Positions 11,247 to 21,115 of a stretch of DNA of 64,000 bases are shown here, piece after piece. Each line of letters begins with the position of its first letter. Position 1 is the stretch's first letter. This DNA comes from an uncultured Chroococcidiopsis sp. (GTDB lineage Bacteria; Cyanobacteriota; Cyanobacteriia; Cyanobacteriales; Chroococcidiopsidaceae). The notes beneath the pieces are model-generated. The model searched no databases, was not told the DNA's origin, and saw only the letters and a list, made by a program, of their open reading frames with translations. The stretch spans positions 73,303 through 137,302 of the forward strand of contig CAXTYC010000010.1 in NCBI GenBank assembly GCA_964248365.1, read 5' to 3'. A program made the position numbers and the translations under genes.

Positions 11247-12416
11247 TTACTCACTCAAGGAGTTGCTGTTTAGATATTTGTGCGTTATTGATAACACTGT
11301 TTCTGCATCTACTGGTTTGCTCAAGAAATCTGAAGCACCGACAATTTTGGCTCTAACTCGGTCGATAATGCCATCATTTCCGGTCAGGATAATGATAGGA
11401 GTAGTACGGAATGCAGAAACTTTTCGTAATTGGCTACATATTTCATATCCATTGGTATTTGGCATGACTAAATCTAAAAAGATCACATCGGGTTTACGAG
11501 TTAATAAACCTGCGATCGCCCTGAGTGAATCTTGAATTGCTACAAATTGGTAGCCATTTGATGTTAAAATTTGTTCCATACTTTGACAAACTAAAGGGCT
11601 ATCATCCACACAAGCAATCAAAGGTCCTGAAGCCGCAGCAGTACTGCCTGGTGGTGCTGTAGGAGATTTGGCAGAGATTGGTGCAGCTAAATCAGGAATA
11701 TTGATTAACTCCACTAAACCCGCTTGAATGTAAGGCAGTAGGGAACAAGTTACATCTTTAACCTCTCGATTCATTACTACAGCCAAATCCCGCAACGTGC
11801 GTTGTCCATCCAGTAATTTGGTAAGATTTTGGTAAACTGCTGGTGAAACTTGTTGCTGTAGCTGTTCGCGCTGATTAATTACTAACGCTTTGTTGGGAGA
11901 GCGATCGGCAATATTAGCTTTTTGCCAGCTTTGCCAAATCTGCTGTACTTCTGTTAGTAATTGCCCAGGATCTAGCAATACTAATTGTGGCAATGATGTG
12001 TTTTCTGGCTTGAGATAATAATTCACTTGTATTGCTTGAGTGACATCAAACAATACTTCAGCAACAATAGCGGCAATCATTTTTCCCGCTTGCTCTCTAG
12101 TTATTTGTTGCTGTTCTACCCCTGCATACAACAATTGACATTCCCAACATTCAGATGTAGCCGATGAGTTAGAAAGAATGGCAGATAACTTTAGCTGTTG
12201 AAGATCAATTTGAGGGCAGTTTATCTTCAGCTGTCTGAGCCAGCGCCTAACTGGATGATTACCGCCTGTTGCATACAAAATCCGACCAAGAAATAGATAA
12301 ATAATCCATTCTTGATTTCCTGGTCCTTTCAGTAAAAATTGCCCAGTAAATCTATCTTGCTTTAAAGCAGCGATTTGACTGATAAAATCATTAGTTGCAA
12401 GTGGTTCCGCCATCAT
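11247..12416 (-). CDS. pixG: PatA-family response regulator (PATAN + REC; PixG type)
   Basis: N-terminal PATAN (GRILYATGGNHPVRRW); C-terminal REC (IACVDDS, FLDLVMP, FLSKP); first gene of the operon. Confidence 0.88.
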   Translation of the reverse strand: MMAEPLATNDFISQIAALKQDRFTGQFLLKGPGNQEWIIYLFLGRILYATGGNHPVRRWLRQLKINCPQIDLQQLKLSAILSNSSATSECWECQLLYAGVEQQQITREQAGKMIAAIVAEVLFDVTQAIQVNYYLKPENTSLPQLVLLDPGQLLTEVQQIWQSWQKANIADRSPNKALVINQREQLQQQVSPAVYQNLTKLLDGQRTLRDLAVVMNREVKDVTCSLLPYIQAGLVELINIPDLAAPISAKSPTAPPGSTAAASGPLIACVDDSPLVCQSMEQILTSNGYQFVAIQDSLRAIAGLLTRKPDVIFLDLVMPNTNGYEICSQLRKVSAFRTTPIIILTGNDGIIDRVRAKIVGASDFLSKPVDAETVLSITHKYLNSNSLSE

Positions 12417-13630
12417 AATACCAGTTATTTTACTTACATTTATTTTGGGTGAATACTAATTTAAATAAACTGGTTATTGCTCAAGGATTAGATTTTACTT
12501 CAATCGATAATGATGTTTTACTTCTTGAGATTACCAAAATTTTAAAAAAATCTGTTTGCAAAAGTAGGAATAAGGAGGAGCATTAAACTAAAGAAACAAT
12601 GAAGAAAGCAAAAAATCCTGAATTTAAAATCTGACAAAAGCCTCGTCTTAACGTCGCATTGATCATGGCATCAGCTTAATTAAGCAAGTAACCGTATGAA
12701 TACTGAATTTGTTTGACCTAGGCAGAGTTTACGTACGTATGAGCAGGGGTTTATTATTTACTTAAAAAAGTGTTTCAAAAGGAATAAAGACAATCTTCAA
12801 AGCCTATAATAATCAATGCTTAGGCTTATAGAACTAGCATCCTATTAACAGTTACAGCAGGGGTAGCAGTAAGAAATTAGACTTATTGCAAAATTGATTT
12901 TTCTTCTGGGTAACAGGAAAGTAACTCTCCTTCCCACGAGGTCTACCTCTTGACTTCCTATCTGTGTGGAAAGGGAGTAGGTGTGTCCTTCCAAGACTTA
13001 TCCGCCCCATGTTCATACTCCAGCCCAAGCGCGATCGTCATTTGATGACATCATTATTTAGAGTCCTTGCTGGCGTGGACTTTTGCTATTAGCGAGGGCT
13101 TAAGGCGCAGCTAAGGAGGAGCGTAATGTATATTTGCTCAAAAGTAATGTATAAAATTTGCCCAAGGGCTTAAGTAAGAACAACGCCTATGCTGCTAGCA
13201 CTGGTAGCATAAGTTAGTAATGCATCCGCAGCTTGGTGGGATAAGCTGCTCATGCATTTAAGCTGCATTCAATGGACGGGCTTTCCTGCCCATCCCACAA
13301 CAGTTAGATCATAAATATGGTTATATCAAAAACTTTTAACCAGGTAAACCAAAACAAGCTTGTAGAGCAAGTAATAGCCAGCAGTTTGACTAAATTTATA
13401 AGTGATATTATAATTTTCTTCTGAAGCTGCACATTCACTGTTATAGGTACGTAAACCTTGGGGAGGTAAGTACTTACTTACAATGAGAGTGAGTTTAACT
13501 ACAAGTTTTGAGTATTTTGAGTATATTTTAAGTCTTTACTTAGCCTTCACGCTATCACTATTATATTAGCAGAAATATTTACTAATTTTTTAAATTGATA
13601 ACTGTATATTTACTGTGTCTTTACATTTCG

Positions 13631-13670
13631 TTAGCTAAGTGCATATTAGGATTAATATGCACTTAGCTAA
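13631..13670. promoter_or_regulatory. Perfect 18-bp inverted repeat ~90 bp upstream of rfbF
   Basis: ttagctaagtgcatatta-ggat-taatatgcacttagctaa; function inferred only. Confidence 0.5.
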
Positions 13671-13758
13671 ATGAAGGCGTTTGCTCACTCACACAACAGT
13701 GGTGACGGAATCTACCAAAAATACAAACTAGTCTGGTAAAAAATTTCGAGGTAACCAC

Positions 13759-14532
13759 ATGAAAGCCGTAATACTTGCAGGAGGGCTTGGCACTCGTCTT
13801 TGCGAAGAAACCACTGTTAGACCGAAGCCTATGGTTGAGATTGGCGCTAGACCCATTCTATGGCACATCATGAAAATCTACTCAGCCTATGGCATTAATG
13901 ATTTTATTATTTGCTGCGGTTACAAAGGATACATAATCAAGGAATATTTTGCTAATTATTTTTTACATATGTCAGACGTGACGTTTGACATGAGATTTAA
14001 TCAGATGAATATTCATTGTGGCTATGCAGAACCTTGGCGAGTCACACTGGTAGATACAGGTGACAAAACCATGACTGGTGGACGGCTCAAGCGAGTAAGA
14101 GAACACATCGGTAATGAAACCTTTTGTTTTACCTATGGCGATGGTGTCAGCAGTGTGAACATAAAAGATTTAATCGAGTTTCATAAACAGCAAAAGACTT
14201 TGGCAACACTAACAGCAAGCCAACCACCAGGACGATTCGGTGCAATCTGCTTGTCACAAGAGCAAACTAAGATTACCAGCTTTCGTGAAAAGCCAGTAGG
14301 AGACGGTGCTTGGGTAAATAGTGGTTTTTTTGTGCTGGAACCAGAAGTTATTGACTTTATTGCCGATGACTCTACTGTTTGGGAACAAGAACCTTTGCAA
14401 AAGCTAGCTAATATGGAGCAACTGTCAGCTTACAAGCATACTGGTTTTTGGCAACCTATGGACACTTTACGAGATAAGTGCTACTTAGAAGACCTTTGGA
14501 ACAGCGATTATACTCCTTGGAAGGTATGGTAA
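13759..14532 (+). CDS. rfbF: Glucose-1-phosphate cytidylyltransferase
   Basis: [14 protein letters not shown]...[37 protein letters not shown] upstream. Confidence 0.93.
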   Translation: MKAVILAGGLGTRLCEETTVRPKPMVEIGARPILWHIMKIYSAYGINDFIICCGYKGYIIKEYFANYFLHMSDVTFDMRFNQMNIHCGYAEPWRVTLVDTGDKTMTGGRLKRVREHIGNETFCFTYGDGVSSVNIKDLIEFHKQQKTLATLTASQPPGRFGAICLSQEQTKITSFREKPVGDGAWVNSGFFVLEPEVIDFIADDSTVWEQEPLQKLANMEQLSAYKHTGFWQPMDTLRDKCYLEDLWNSDYTPWKVW

Positions 14533-14580
14533 TTGTTTTTGCCACCTGGTATCAACTTCAGTTTGATGGATGACATTCTC

Positions 14581-15795
14581 ATGTATGATTTTGCAATTAT
14601 AGGCGGCGGAATTGTTGGTCTTGCTAGCGGTATGGCTGTAGGTAAACGCTATCCTAATGCACGAATTTTAATTTTAGAGAAGGAAAGTAATTGGGCATAT
14701 CACCAAACTGGAAATAATAGCGGTGTAATTCACTCTGGTATTTATTACAAGCCTGGGAGTTTTAAGGCTAAGTTCTGCCGTGACGGTAGTCGTTCAATGG
14801 TGGAATTTTGCCAGCAATATGGTATTGATTATGAAGTTTGCGGTAAGGTAATTGTTGCGACGGAGGTTGAACAACTGCCACTACTAGAAAATCTCTACAA
14901 AAGAGGTTTAGAGAATGGCTTGAATGTTACTAAGATTAGTGCAGAGCAAGTTAAAGAAATTGAGCCTCATGTTAGTTGTCTAGCAGGCATCCGAGTATCG
15001 ACAACTGGAATTGTTAACTATAAACAAGTTTGTCAGAAATACGCTGATTTAATTAAATCTCAAGGCGGCGATTTGCGGCTCAATACTAAGGTTGAGAAGA
15101 TTAGCCAAACCAGTACAGGTACTGTATTGGAAACAAACAATGGCACGTTTGAGACTCGCTTTGTAATTAATTGTGCTGGATTGCATAGCGATCGCATTGC
15201 TAAATTAGGACAAGTCGATCCGCAAGCTAAGATTGTGCCGTTTCGCGGTGAATACTATGAATTAATACCAGAAAAACGTTATCTTGTCAAGACGCTAATT
15301 TATCCGGTTCCCAATCCTGCCTTTCCGTTTTTGGGTGTCCACTTCACTCGGATGATTGATGGTAGTGTCCACGCCGGACCAAATGCCGTACTGAGTTTGA
15401 AGCGTGAAGGATACAAAAAGACTGACTTCGACCTACGGGATTTTACTGAAGTTATGACTTATCCTGGTTTCTGGAAATTGGCAGGTCTCCACGCCCAGGA
15501 AGGAATTGGGGAAATCATTCGTTCATTTAGCAAAGCTGCTTTTGTGCGAAGTTTACAAAAGCTAATTCCAGAAGTAAAAGCAGAAGATTTAGTTCCAACC
15601 CATGCTGGGGTAAGGGCGCAAGCGTTGATGAGCGATGGTAAGTTGGTAGACGACTTTTTGATTGTTCAAGGTAAGAACGCTACTCATGTATGTAATGCGC
15701 CGTCGCCTGCTGCTACTTCTTCACTGGAAATTGGCAAAGCGATCGCCGCCGCCATTCCCGAACAATCCCATCTTGAACCAAGAGTAAAAGTATAG
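14581..15795 (+). CDS. lhgO: L-2-hydroxyglutarate oxidase family FAD oxidoreductase
   Basis: IIGGGIVG, HQTGNNSGVIHSGIYYKPGS, PFLGVHFTR, NAPSPAATSS; ATG at 14581 preferred over the TTG at 14533. Confidence 0.88.
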   Translation: MYDFAIIGGGIVGLASGMAVGKRYPNARILILEKESNWAYHQTGNNSGVIHSGIYYKPGSFKAKFCRDGSRSMVEFCQQYGIDYEVCGKVIVATEVEQLPLLENLYKRGLENGLNVTKISAEQVKEIEPHVSCLAGIRVSTTGIVNYKQVCQKYADLIKSQGGDLRLNTKVEKISQTSTGTVLETNNGTFETRFVINCAGLHSDRIAKLGQVDPQAKIVPFRGEYYELIPEKRYLVKTLIYPVPNPAFPFLGVHFTRMIDGSVHAGPNAVLSLKREGYKKTDFDLRDFTEVMTYPGFWKLAGLHAQEGIGEIIRSFSKAAFVRSLQKLIPEVKAEDLVPTHAGVRAQALMSDGKLVDDFLIVQGKNATHVCNAPSPAATSSLEIGKAIAAAIPEQSHLEPRVKV

Positions 15796-15807
15796 GAATT
15801 TACACAG

Positions 15808-16830
15808 ATGAAAGTATTAGTAACTGGAACAGAAGGTTATCTAGGCTCATTGTTGCCACCAATTTTAATGCAGCGTGGGCATGAAGTAATAGGGGTAGAT
15901 ACGGGCTATTACAAAGTTGGTTGGCTGTACAACGGAACTGAAGTTACTGCTAAAACCCTAAATAAAGACATTCGACACATCACGGCTGAAGATTTAGAAG
16001 GCGTAGAGGCGATCGTTCACATGGCTGAACTATCGAACGATCCCACCGGACAACTTTCGCCCAATATTACCTACGACATTAACCATAAAGGTTCAGTGCG
16101 CTTGGCAACATTAGCTAAAGCTGCTGGTGTGCGGCGTTTTGTGTATATGTCTTCTTGTAGTGTCTATGGCGTTGCTACCGAGGGAGACGTTACCGAAGAA
16201 ACTCCAGTCAATCCACAAACAGCTTATGCCGATTGTAAAACTTTGGTAGAGCGCGATGTGATGGCAATGGCAGAGGATAATTTCTCGCCCACATTCTTAC
16301 GCAATGCTACTGCTTTTGGGGCTTCTCCCAGAATGCGTTTTGATATTGTTCTAAATAACCTAGCAGGACTAGCTTGGACTACCAAAGAAATCAAAATGAC
16401 GAGTGACGGTACGCCTTGGCGACCACTAGTTCACGCTTTGGATATTTGTAAAGCAATTGTTTGCACATTGGAAGCACCGCGCGACATTGTGCATAACCAA
16501 ATTTTCAATGTAGGCGATACCGCCAACAATTATCAAGTAAAAGAAATTGCCGAGATAGTTGCACAAATCTTTAAAGGATGTCAATTAACTTTTGGGCAAA
16601 ACGGTGCAGATAACCGCAGTTATCGAGTTTCCTTTGAGAAGATCAACAAAACTTTACCAGGATTCAAGTGTGAGTGGGACGCGGTTCGTGGTGCTAAGCA
16701 GCTATTTGACATATTTACTCTAATTGATATGTCAGAAGAGACTTTTTTCTTTAGGGGTTTTACTCGCTTGAAGCAACTTGAGTATCTAATTCGCACTGCG
16801 CAAATCGATCAAGATTTCTTCTGGAAATAA
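15808..16830 (+). CDS. NAD-dependent NDP-sugar epimerase/dehydratase (extended SDR)
   Basis: VLVTGTEGYLG, SSCSVYG, YADCK (YxxxK). Confidence 0.85.
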   Translation: MKVLVTGTEGYLGSLLPPILMQRGHEVIGVDTGYYKVGWLYNGTEVTAKTLNKDIRHITAEDLEGVEAIVHMAELSNDPTGQLSPNITYDINHKGSVRLATLAKAAGVRRFVYMSSCSVYGVATEGDVTEETPVNPQTAYADCKTLVERDVMAMAEDNFSPTFLRNATAFGASPRMRFDIVLNNLAGLAWTTKEIKMTSDGTPWRPLVHALDICKAIVCTLEAPRDIVHNQIFNVGDTANNYQVKEIAEIVAQIFKGCQLTFGQNGADNRSYRVSFEKINKTLPGFKCEWDAVRGAKQLFDIFTLIDMSEETFFFRGFTRLKQLEYLIRTAQIDQDFFWK

Positions 16831-16938
16831 ATAGAAATAGTTAGCCTCTATCTCTAAAGTGCGCTGGCGAAAGTGGAATTTATTTTCAGTTATCTTGCAC
16901 TAATAACTAATAAGGCTCCGCCTTAACGATCTCGTTTC

Positions 16939-16967
16939 TAAGCTGAGCTTAGAAACGAGAGCAAAGA
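16939..16967. repeat. Short palindromic dispersed repeat / hairpin
   Basis: ctcgtttctaagc-tga-gcttagaaacgag; a related degenerate copy ctcgtatcccagg...gggaacgag lies near 20135-20165. Confidence 0.6.
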
Positions 16968-17034
16968 GGTTATACCTCCTAGCTGTGCAAGAAGTGATTC
17001 GTGCTATTCATTAAATCAGTAGGAAACATTAAAT

Positions 17035-18312
17035 ATGAGTAATCAGTGTCGTTTTTGTAATAATCAACTCAAGTATACTTTTGCTGACTTAGGAACATCG
17101 CCTATAGCCAATGACTATTTAAATCCCGAACAGCTCCTGCGGGCAGAAAAATTTTATCCACTCCATGCATACGTTTGTGAGAAATGTCTGTTGGTGCAGC
17201 TAGATGAAGTTGAATCCCCCGATCACATTTTTGGTGATGGTGACTATGCTTATTTTTCTTCCTACTCGGATAGTTGGCTAAGACACGCCAAGGCATACAC
17301 TGATCTAATGGTAGAAAGGTTTGGATTTAACTCTAATCATCGAGTGATTGAAATTGCTAGTAATGATGGTTATTTGCTGCAATATTTTCACGAAAAAGGA
17401 ATTCCAGTTTTAGGGATTGAACCTGCTGCAAATACAGCCAAAGTAGCGGCAGAAAAAGGTATTCCAAGCTGGGTTAAGTTCTTTGGGGTGGAAACAGCAA
17501 AAGAACTGGTAGCGGAAGGAAAAACAGCAGATTTATTGTTGGGAAACAATGTATTAGCTCACGTTCCTGATGTGAATGATTTTGTGGCTGGGATGAAAAT
17601 TGTCTTGAAGCCAAATGGTATTTTGACAATGGAGTTTCCCCATTTGTTGCAACTGATGCAGCAAAATCAATTTGACACAATTTATCACGAGCATTTTTCC
17701 TATTTTTCATTCTTAACAGTAGAGAAAATTTTTGCGGCACATGGTTTGACAATATTTGATGTAGAGGAATTACCAACTCATGGCGGTTCTTTGCGGATAT
17801 ATGGCAAATATAATGATGCGATCGCACCTGCAATTAGTGAACGAGTAACAAAATTAAAAGATAAGGAAACTTCTTTTCTTTTGCACGACGTGGAAACTTA
17901 TTTAACATTTGGGGAACAAGTAAAAGCAACCAAACGTAAACTACTAAGTTTTCTAATTGAAGCGAAAGCTCAAGGGAAAGCGATCGCCGCTTATGGTGCG
18001 CCAGCTAAAGGCAATACCCTACTGAATTACTGCGGTGTTGGCACAGATTTTATTGACTATACAGTAGATCGCAGCCCCTACAAACAAGGAATGTTTCTCC
18101 CTGGAACTCACATTCCCATCCTGCATCCAGATCAAATCCGCTCCACTAAGCCGGATTACATACTAATTTTGCCCTGGAATCTCAAAGAGGAAATTATGAG
18201 CCAAATCGCATATATTGCTGACTGGGGCGGTAAATTTGTAGTACCAATTCCCTATGTACAAGTATATGACCCCTCGCTACAATTTAACATACAGCCTTTA
18301 TTATTGAAATAG
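17035..18312 (+). CDS. NDP-hexose C-methyltransferase (Zn-binding N-terminus, SAM-dependent)
   Basis: CRFC...CEKC Zn ligands, EIASNDG, FDTIYHEH, THGGSLR, YGAPAKGNTLLNY, LPWN. Confidence 0.88.
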   Translation: MSNQCRFCNNQLKYTFADLGTSPIANDYLNPEQLLRAEKFYPLHAYVCEKCLLVQLDEVESPDHIFGDGDYAYFSSYSDSWLRHAKAYTDLMVERFGFNSNHRVIEIASNDGYLLQYFHEKGIPVLGIEPAANTAKVAAEKGIPSWVKFFGVETAKELVAEGKTADLLLGNNVLAHVPDVNDFVAGMKIVLKPNGILTMEFPHLLQLMQQNQFDTIYHEHFSYFSFLTVEKIFAAHGLTIFDVEELPTHGGSLRIYGKYNDAIAPAISERVTKLKDKETSFLLHDVETYLTFGEQVKATKRKLLSFLIEAKAQGKAIAAYGAPAKGNTLLNYCGVGTDFIDYTVDRSPYKQGMFLPGTHIPILHPDQIRSTKPDYILILPWNLKEEIMSQIAYIADWGGKFVVPIPYVQVYDPSLQFNIQPLLLK

Positions 18313-18344
18313 ATTAACCTCAGATCTTGCATCTGGCTTGATTG

Positions 18345-18433
18345 CTACAGCAATCCGCGCATCATTGGTGAACAGTAGATGATGTAGGGCATTGCCCATC
18401 GAATCTGATAATGGTGGGCAATGCCCACCCTAC
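18345..18433 (-). repeat. ~85-bp dispersed repeat, copy 1 (ggtgggcaatgcccaccctac palindrome joined to a tagcaatcc-type end)
   Basis: Reverse complement aligns by eye with 28748-28830 and 54107-54184. Confidence 0.75.
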
Positions 18434-18576
18434 TATAAATTAACTTGTCACCAAAAAATAGAGGCTTTGCCTCATTTAAAAAAGGGAAATAAAGCCCAAT
18501 TATCTTAATTAACTCATCTACAAGTTAATGACTAAATTACTAATGTAAACAAACGTTTTGAGATAAAAATTGATTT

Positions 18577-19119
18577 ATGTTATTTACTGAAACTACTCTT
18601 AAAGGCGCGTTCATTATTGACATAGAGCAGCGAGAAGATCATCGCGGCTTCTTTGCTCGAACGTTTTGCGCCCAAGAATTTGTCGCCTACGGTTTAGAAG
18701 TAACTAATGCCCAGTGCAGCATCGCCTTTAATCGTAAAAAAGGCACAATAAGAGGTATGCACTATAATGCTGAACCTGCAACAGAGGCAAAGTTAGTTCG
18801 TTGTACTCAAGGGGCTATCTATGATGTGATTGTAGATTTACGTCCTGACTCTCCCACTTTTCTAGCTCATATTGGTGTGGAACTAACAGCTGATAACCAT
18901 CGATCGCTATATGTACCGGAAATGTTTGCTCACGGCTACCAGACGCTGACAGATGGGGCTGAGGTTGTATATCAGATGAATAAATTCTACACACCAGGTT
19001 ACGAGCGGGGCTTGCACTATGACGATCCTATGTTAGGTATAGAGTGGGCGCTACCAGTAAGCGAAATTTCTGAAAAAGACTTGAACTGGCAATTTTTGGA
19101 AACAAGTATCATTAAGTAA
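18577..19119 (+). CDS. rfbC: dTDP-4-dehydrorhamnose 3,5-epimerase family (RmlC-like cupin)
   Basis: DHRGFFAR, GTIRGMHY, KLVRC...DVIVDLR, FAHGYQTL. Confidence 0.85.
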   Translation: MLFTETTLKGAFIIDIEQREDHRGFFARTFCAQEFVAYGLEVTNAQCSIAFNRKKGTIRGMHYNAEPATEAKLVRCTQGAIYDVIVDLRPDSPTFLAHIGVELTADNHRSLYVPEMFAHGYQTLTDGAEVVYQMNKFYTPGYERGLHYDDPMLGIEWALPVSEISEKDLNWQFLETSIIK

Positions 19120-19159
19120 TGACGGTATAAAATTTACTGTTGAATACAGGAGCTAGCAG

Positions 19160-20102
19160 GGTGAATAATACGATTTTCTTCGATTCTAGCCATAGTGATG
19201 AAGCCAGACGTGAGCAAATATACAACGGACAACTGTTCGTTTACTCACCTTGCAAGAGCGCGATCGCAATGTGTGAGTTTGCTCGTGAATTGGCACAATC
19301 CGCTTTTGCCCCCCTACATCCAACCGAAGCACAGCATCACCTACCAGTCGAAGAGTATGCAGCAATTTTGGCTGAACTCAAGCCGAAATTTATCCACCAT
19401 CCCAAGTCAAAGCAATTTATTCAGGGAATTCTGAGCGAGTTGGGATGTGATTTAGAAAAAACATACTTCGACGTACCGCGTTTGCGTACAGCAACCAGTG
19501 ACAATTATCTCACCTCTGGCATCGCCTATGCCTTCCATCCCCATCGTGACACTTGGTACTCGGCTCCCCCCTGCCAGTTAAACTGGTGGTTCCCAGTTTA
19601 TGACGTTGAGCCAGATAACGTTATGGCTTTTCATCCCCGTTACTTCTCCCAGCCAGTGAAAAACGGTTCTAGCGGCTACAACTACTACGAATGGAACAAA
19701 GAAAGCCGCAAGAACGCAGCACAGCATATTAAGAAAGATACACGCAAGCAACCACGAGCCGACGAGCCGATGGAACTCGATCCACAAATTCGGATCGTGA
19801 GCAAAGTTGGTGGTATAACGCTTTTTTCTGGTGCTCAGATGCACTCCACTGTACCTAACACTTCTGGACGCACACGCTTTAGTATCGATTTCAGAACAGT
19901 GCATCTTGATGATGTGGTAGCAAAGCGGGGCGCACCGAATGTTGACTCGGCTTGTACGGGAACTGTTTTGCGGGACTTCTTGCGTGGTACTGATTTTGCT
20001 CACATTCCCGAAGAAATAGTCAAACTCTACGATGATGGAAATCCGATAGATGGTGTGCTGGTGTTCGATCCTTCTGTGCTTTCCCACCCTGTCCGCACAT
20101 AA
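19160..20102 (+). CDS. Uncharacterised protein, putative 2-oxoglutarate/Fe(II)-dependent oxygenase
   Basis: HxD...H triad pattern (HPHRDTW...QMHST) and distal RFSIDFR; GTG at 19160 follows AGGAG (ORF track start 19140). Confidence 0.6.
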
Positions 20103-20196
20103 GCCGTCGGGTGCGTTAGAAACGCACCTTTAGCCTCGTATCCCAGGCATCGCTGTGGGAACGAGAATGTAGTGCAAGATATCAGGTAGACAAAGT

Positions 20197-20991
20197 ATGG
20201 CAAGTAATAACCATGATCAACAGCAGGAAGTTATCGCCTTGATACCAGCAGGGGGGCAAGCAACGCGCATATCTCCTTTGCCTAGTAGCAAAGAGTTGTA
20301 TCCAATTGGGTTTCGGTATCACGAAGACGGTAGCTTAAGACCTAAAGTGGTTTCTCATTATTTACTCGAAAAGATGCGACTGGCTGGTATTCGTAAAGCT
20401 TACTTCTTGCTGCGTCCTGGTAAGTGGGATATTCCAGCCTATTTTGGCGATGGCACATTTTTAGATATGCATCTAGGTTATCTAGTTGTGCGCTTGCCTT
20501 TTGGTGTTCCTTACACCTTAGACCAAGCATATCCTTTTGTCAAAAACGCCATAGTAGCTATAGGCTTTCCTGATATTCTTTTCTCTCCTGATGATACCTT
20601 CAAGCGGTTATTGGCACGTCTTGCCGCCGAAAGGGCAGATGTAGTTATTAACTTATTACCGTTTGAGCATCCCCACAAAGGCGGAATGGTTGATTTCGAC
20701 CAAAAGGGGCGAGTGCGGCTGATTGTAGAAAAACCGGAGCAAAGCGATTTACGCTACAGTTGGTGTGCGGCAGTGTGGACACCAACCTTTACCGAGTTTA
20801 TGCATCAGTATTTAGCTGCAATTGAAGCCCTGCGATCGCCTCATCGGCGAGAAATACCGATTGGAGATATGATTGGGGCAGCAATTGACAACGGTTTACT
20901 CGTGAGTGCCGAGCTTTTTAATGATGAACCCTACCTAGATATTGGCACACCAGCAGACTTAGTAAAAGCAGTGCGCCGCTTTACTCCTTAA
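20197..20991 (+). CDS. Sugar-phosphate nucleotidyltransferase (RmlA-like)
   Basis: LIPAGGQATRISPLPSSKEL, VEKP, YLDIGTP. Confidence 0.8.
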   Translation: MASNNHDQQQEVIALIPAGGQATRISPLPSSKELYPIGFRYHEDGSLRPKVVSHYLLEKMRLAGIRKAYFLLRPGKWDIPAYFGDGTFLDMHLGYLVVRLPFGVPYTLDQAYPFVKNAIVAIGFPDILFSPDDTFKRLLARLAAERADVVINLLPFEHPHKGGMVDFDQKGRVRLIVEKPEQSDLRYSWCAAVWTPTFTEFMHQYLAAIEALRSPHRREIPIGDMIGAAIDNGLLVSAELFNDEPYLDIGTPADLVKAVRRFTP

Positions 20992-21115
20992 AATCCAAAC
21001 GTTACTCCCTTTGTGTCCAAAGAATATTCATTGACACAACAAGGCAAGCATTGGCAACCTGGGGGAGAATGATAAATTACAAATTACGAATAGCTTAATA
21101 TATAGGACTTGAGTC

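Noticed and set aside
730..12416. Many 60-110 aa plus-strand ORFs opposite the pix genes (and similar shadow ORFs across the window)
   Set aside because: Antisense or alternate-frame shadows of well-supported genes, with no recognisable motifs.
12950..13041. Short minus-strand ORF MTIALGLEYEHGADKSWKDTPTPFPHR
   Set aside because: Only 27 codons, no clear RBS or recognisable similarity.
13466..13477. GTAAGTACTTAC as an NtcA or LexA site
   Set aside because: Spacing is GTA-N6-TAC, not the NtcA GTA-N8-TAC, and it does not fit the cyanobacterial LexA box.
19578..20087. 169-aa minus-strand ORF
   Set aside because: Lies entirely antisense to the motif-bearing plus-strand gene that fits the operon direction.
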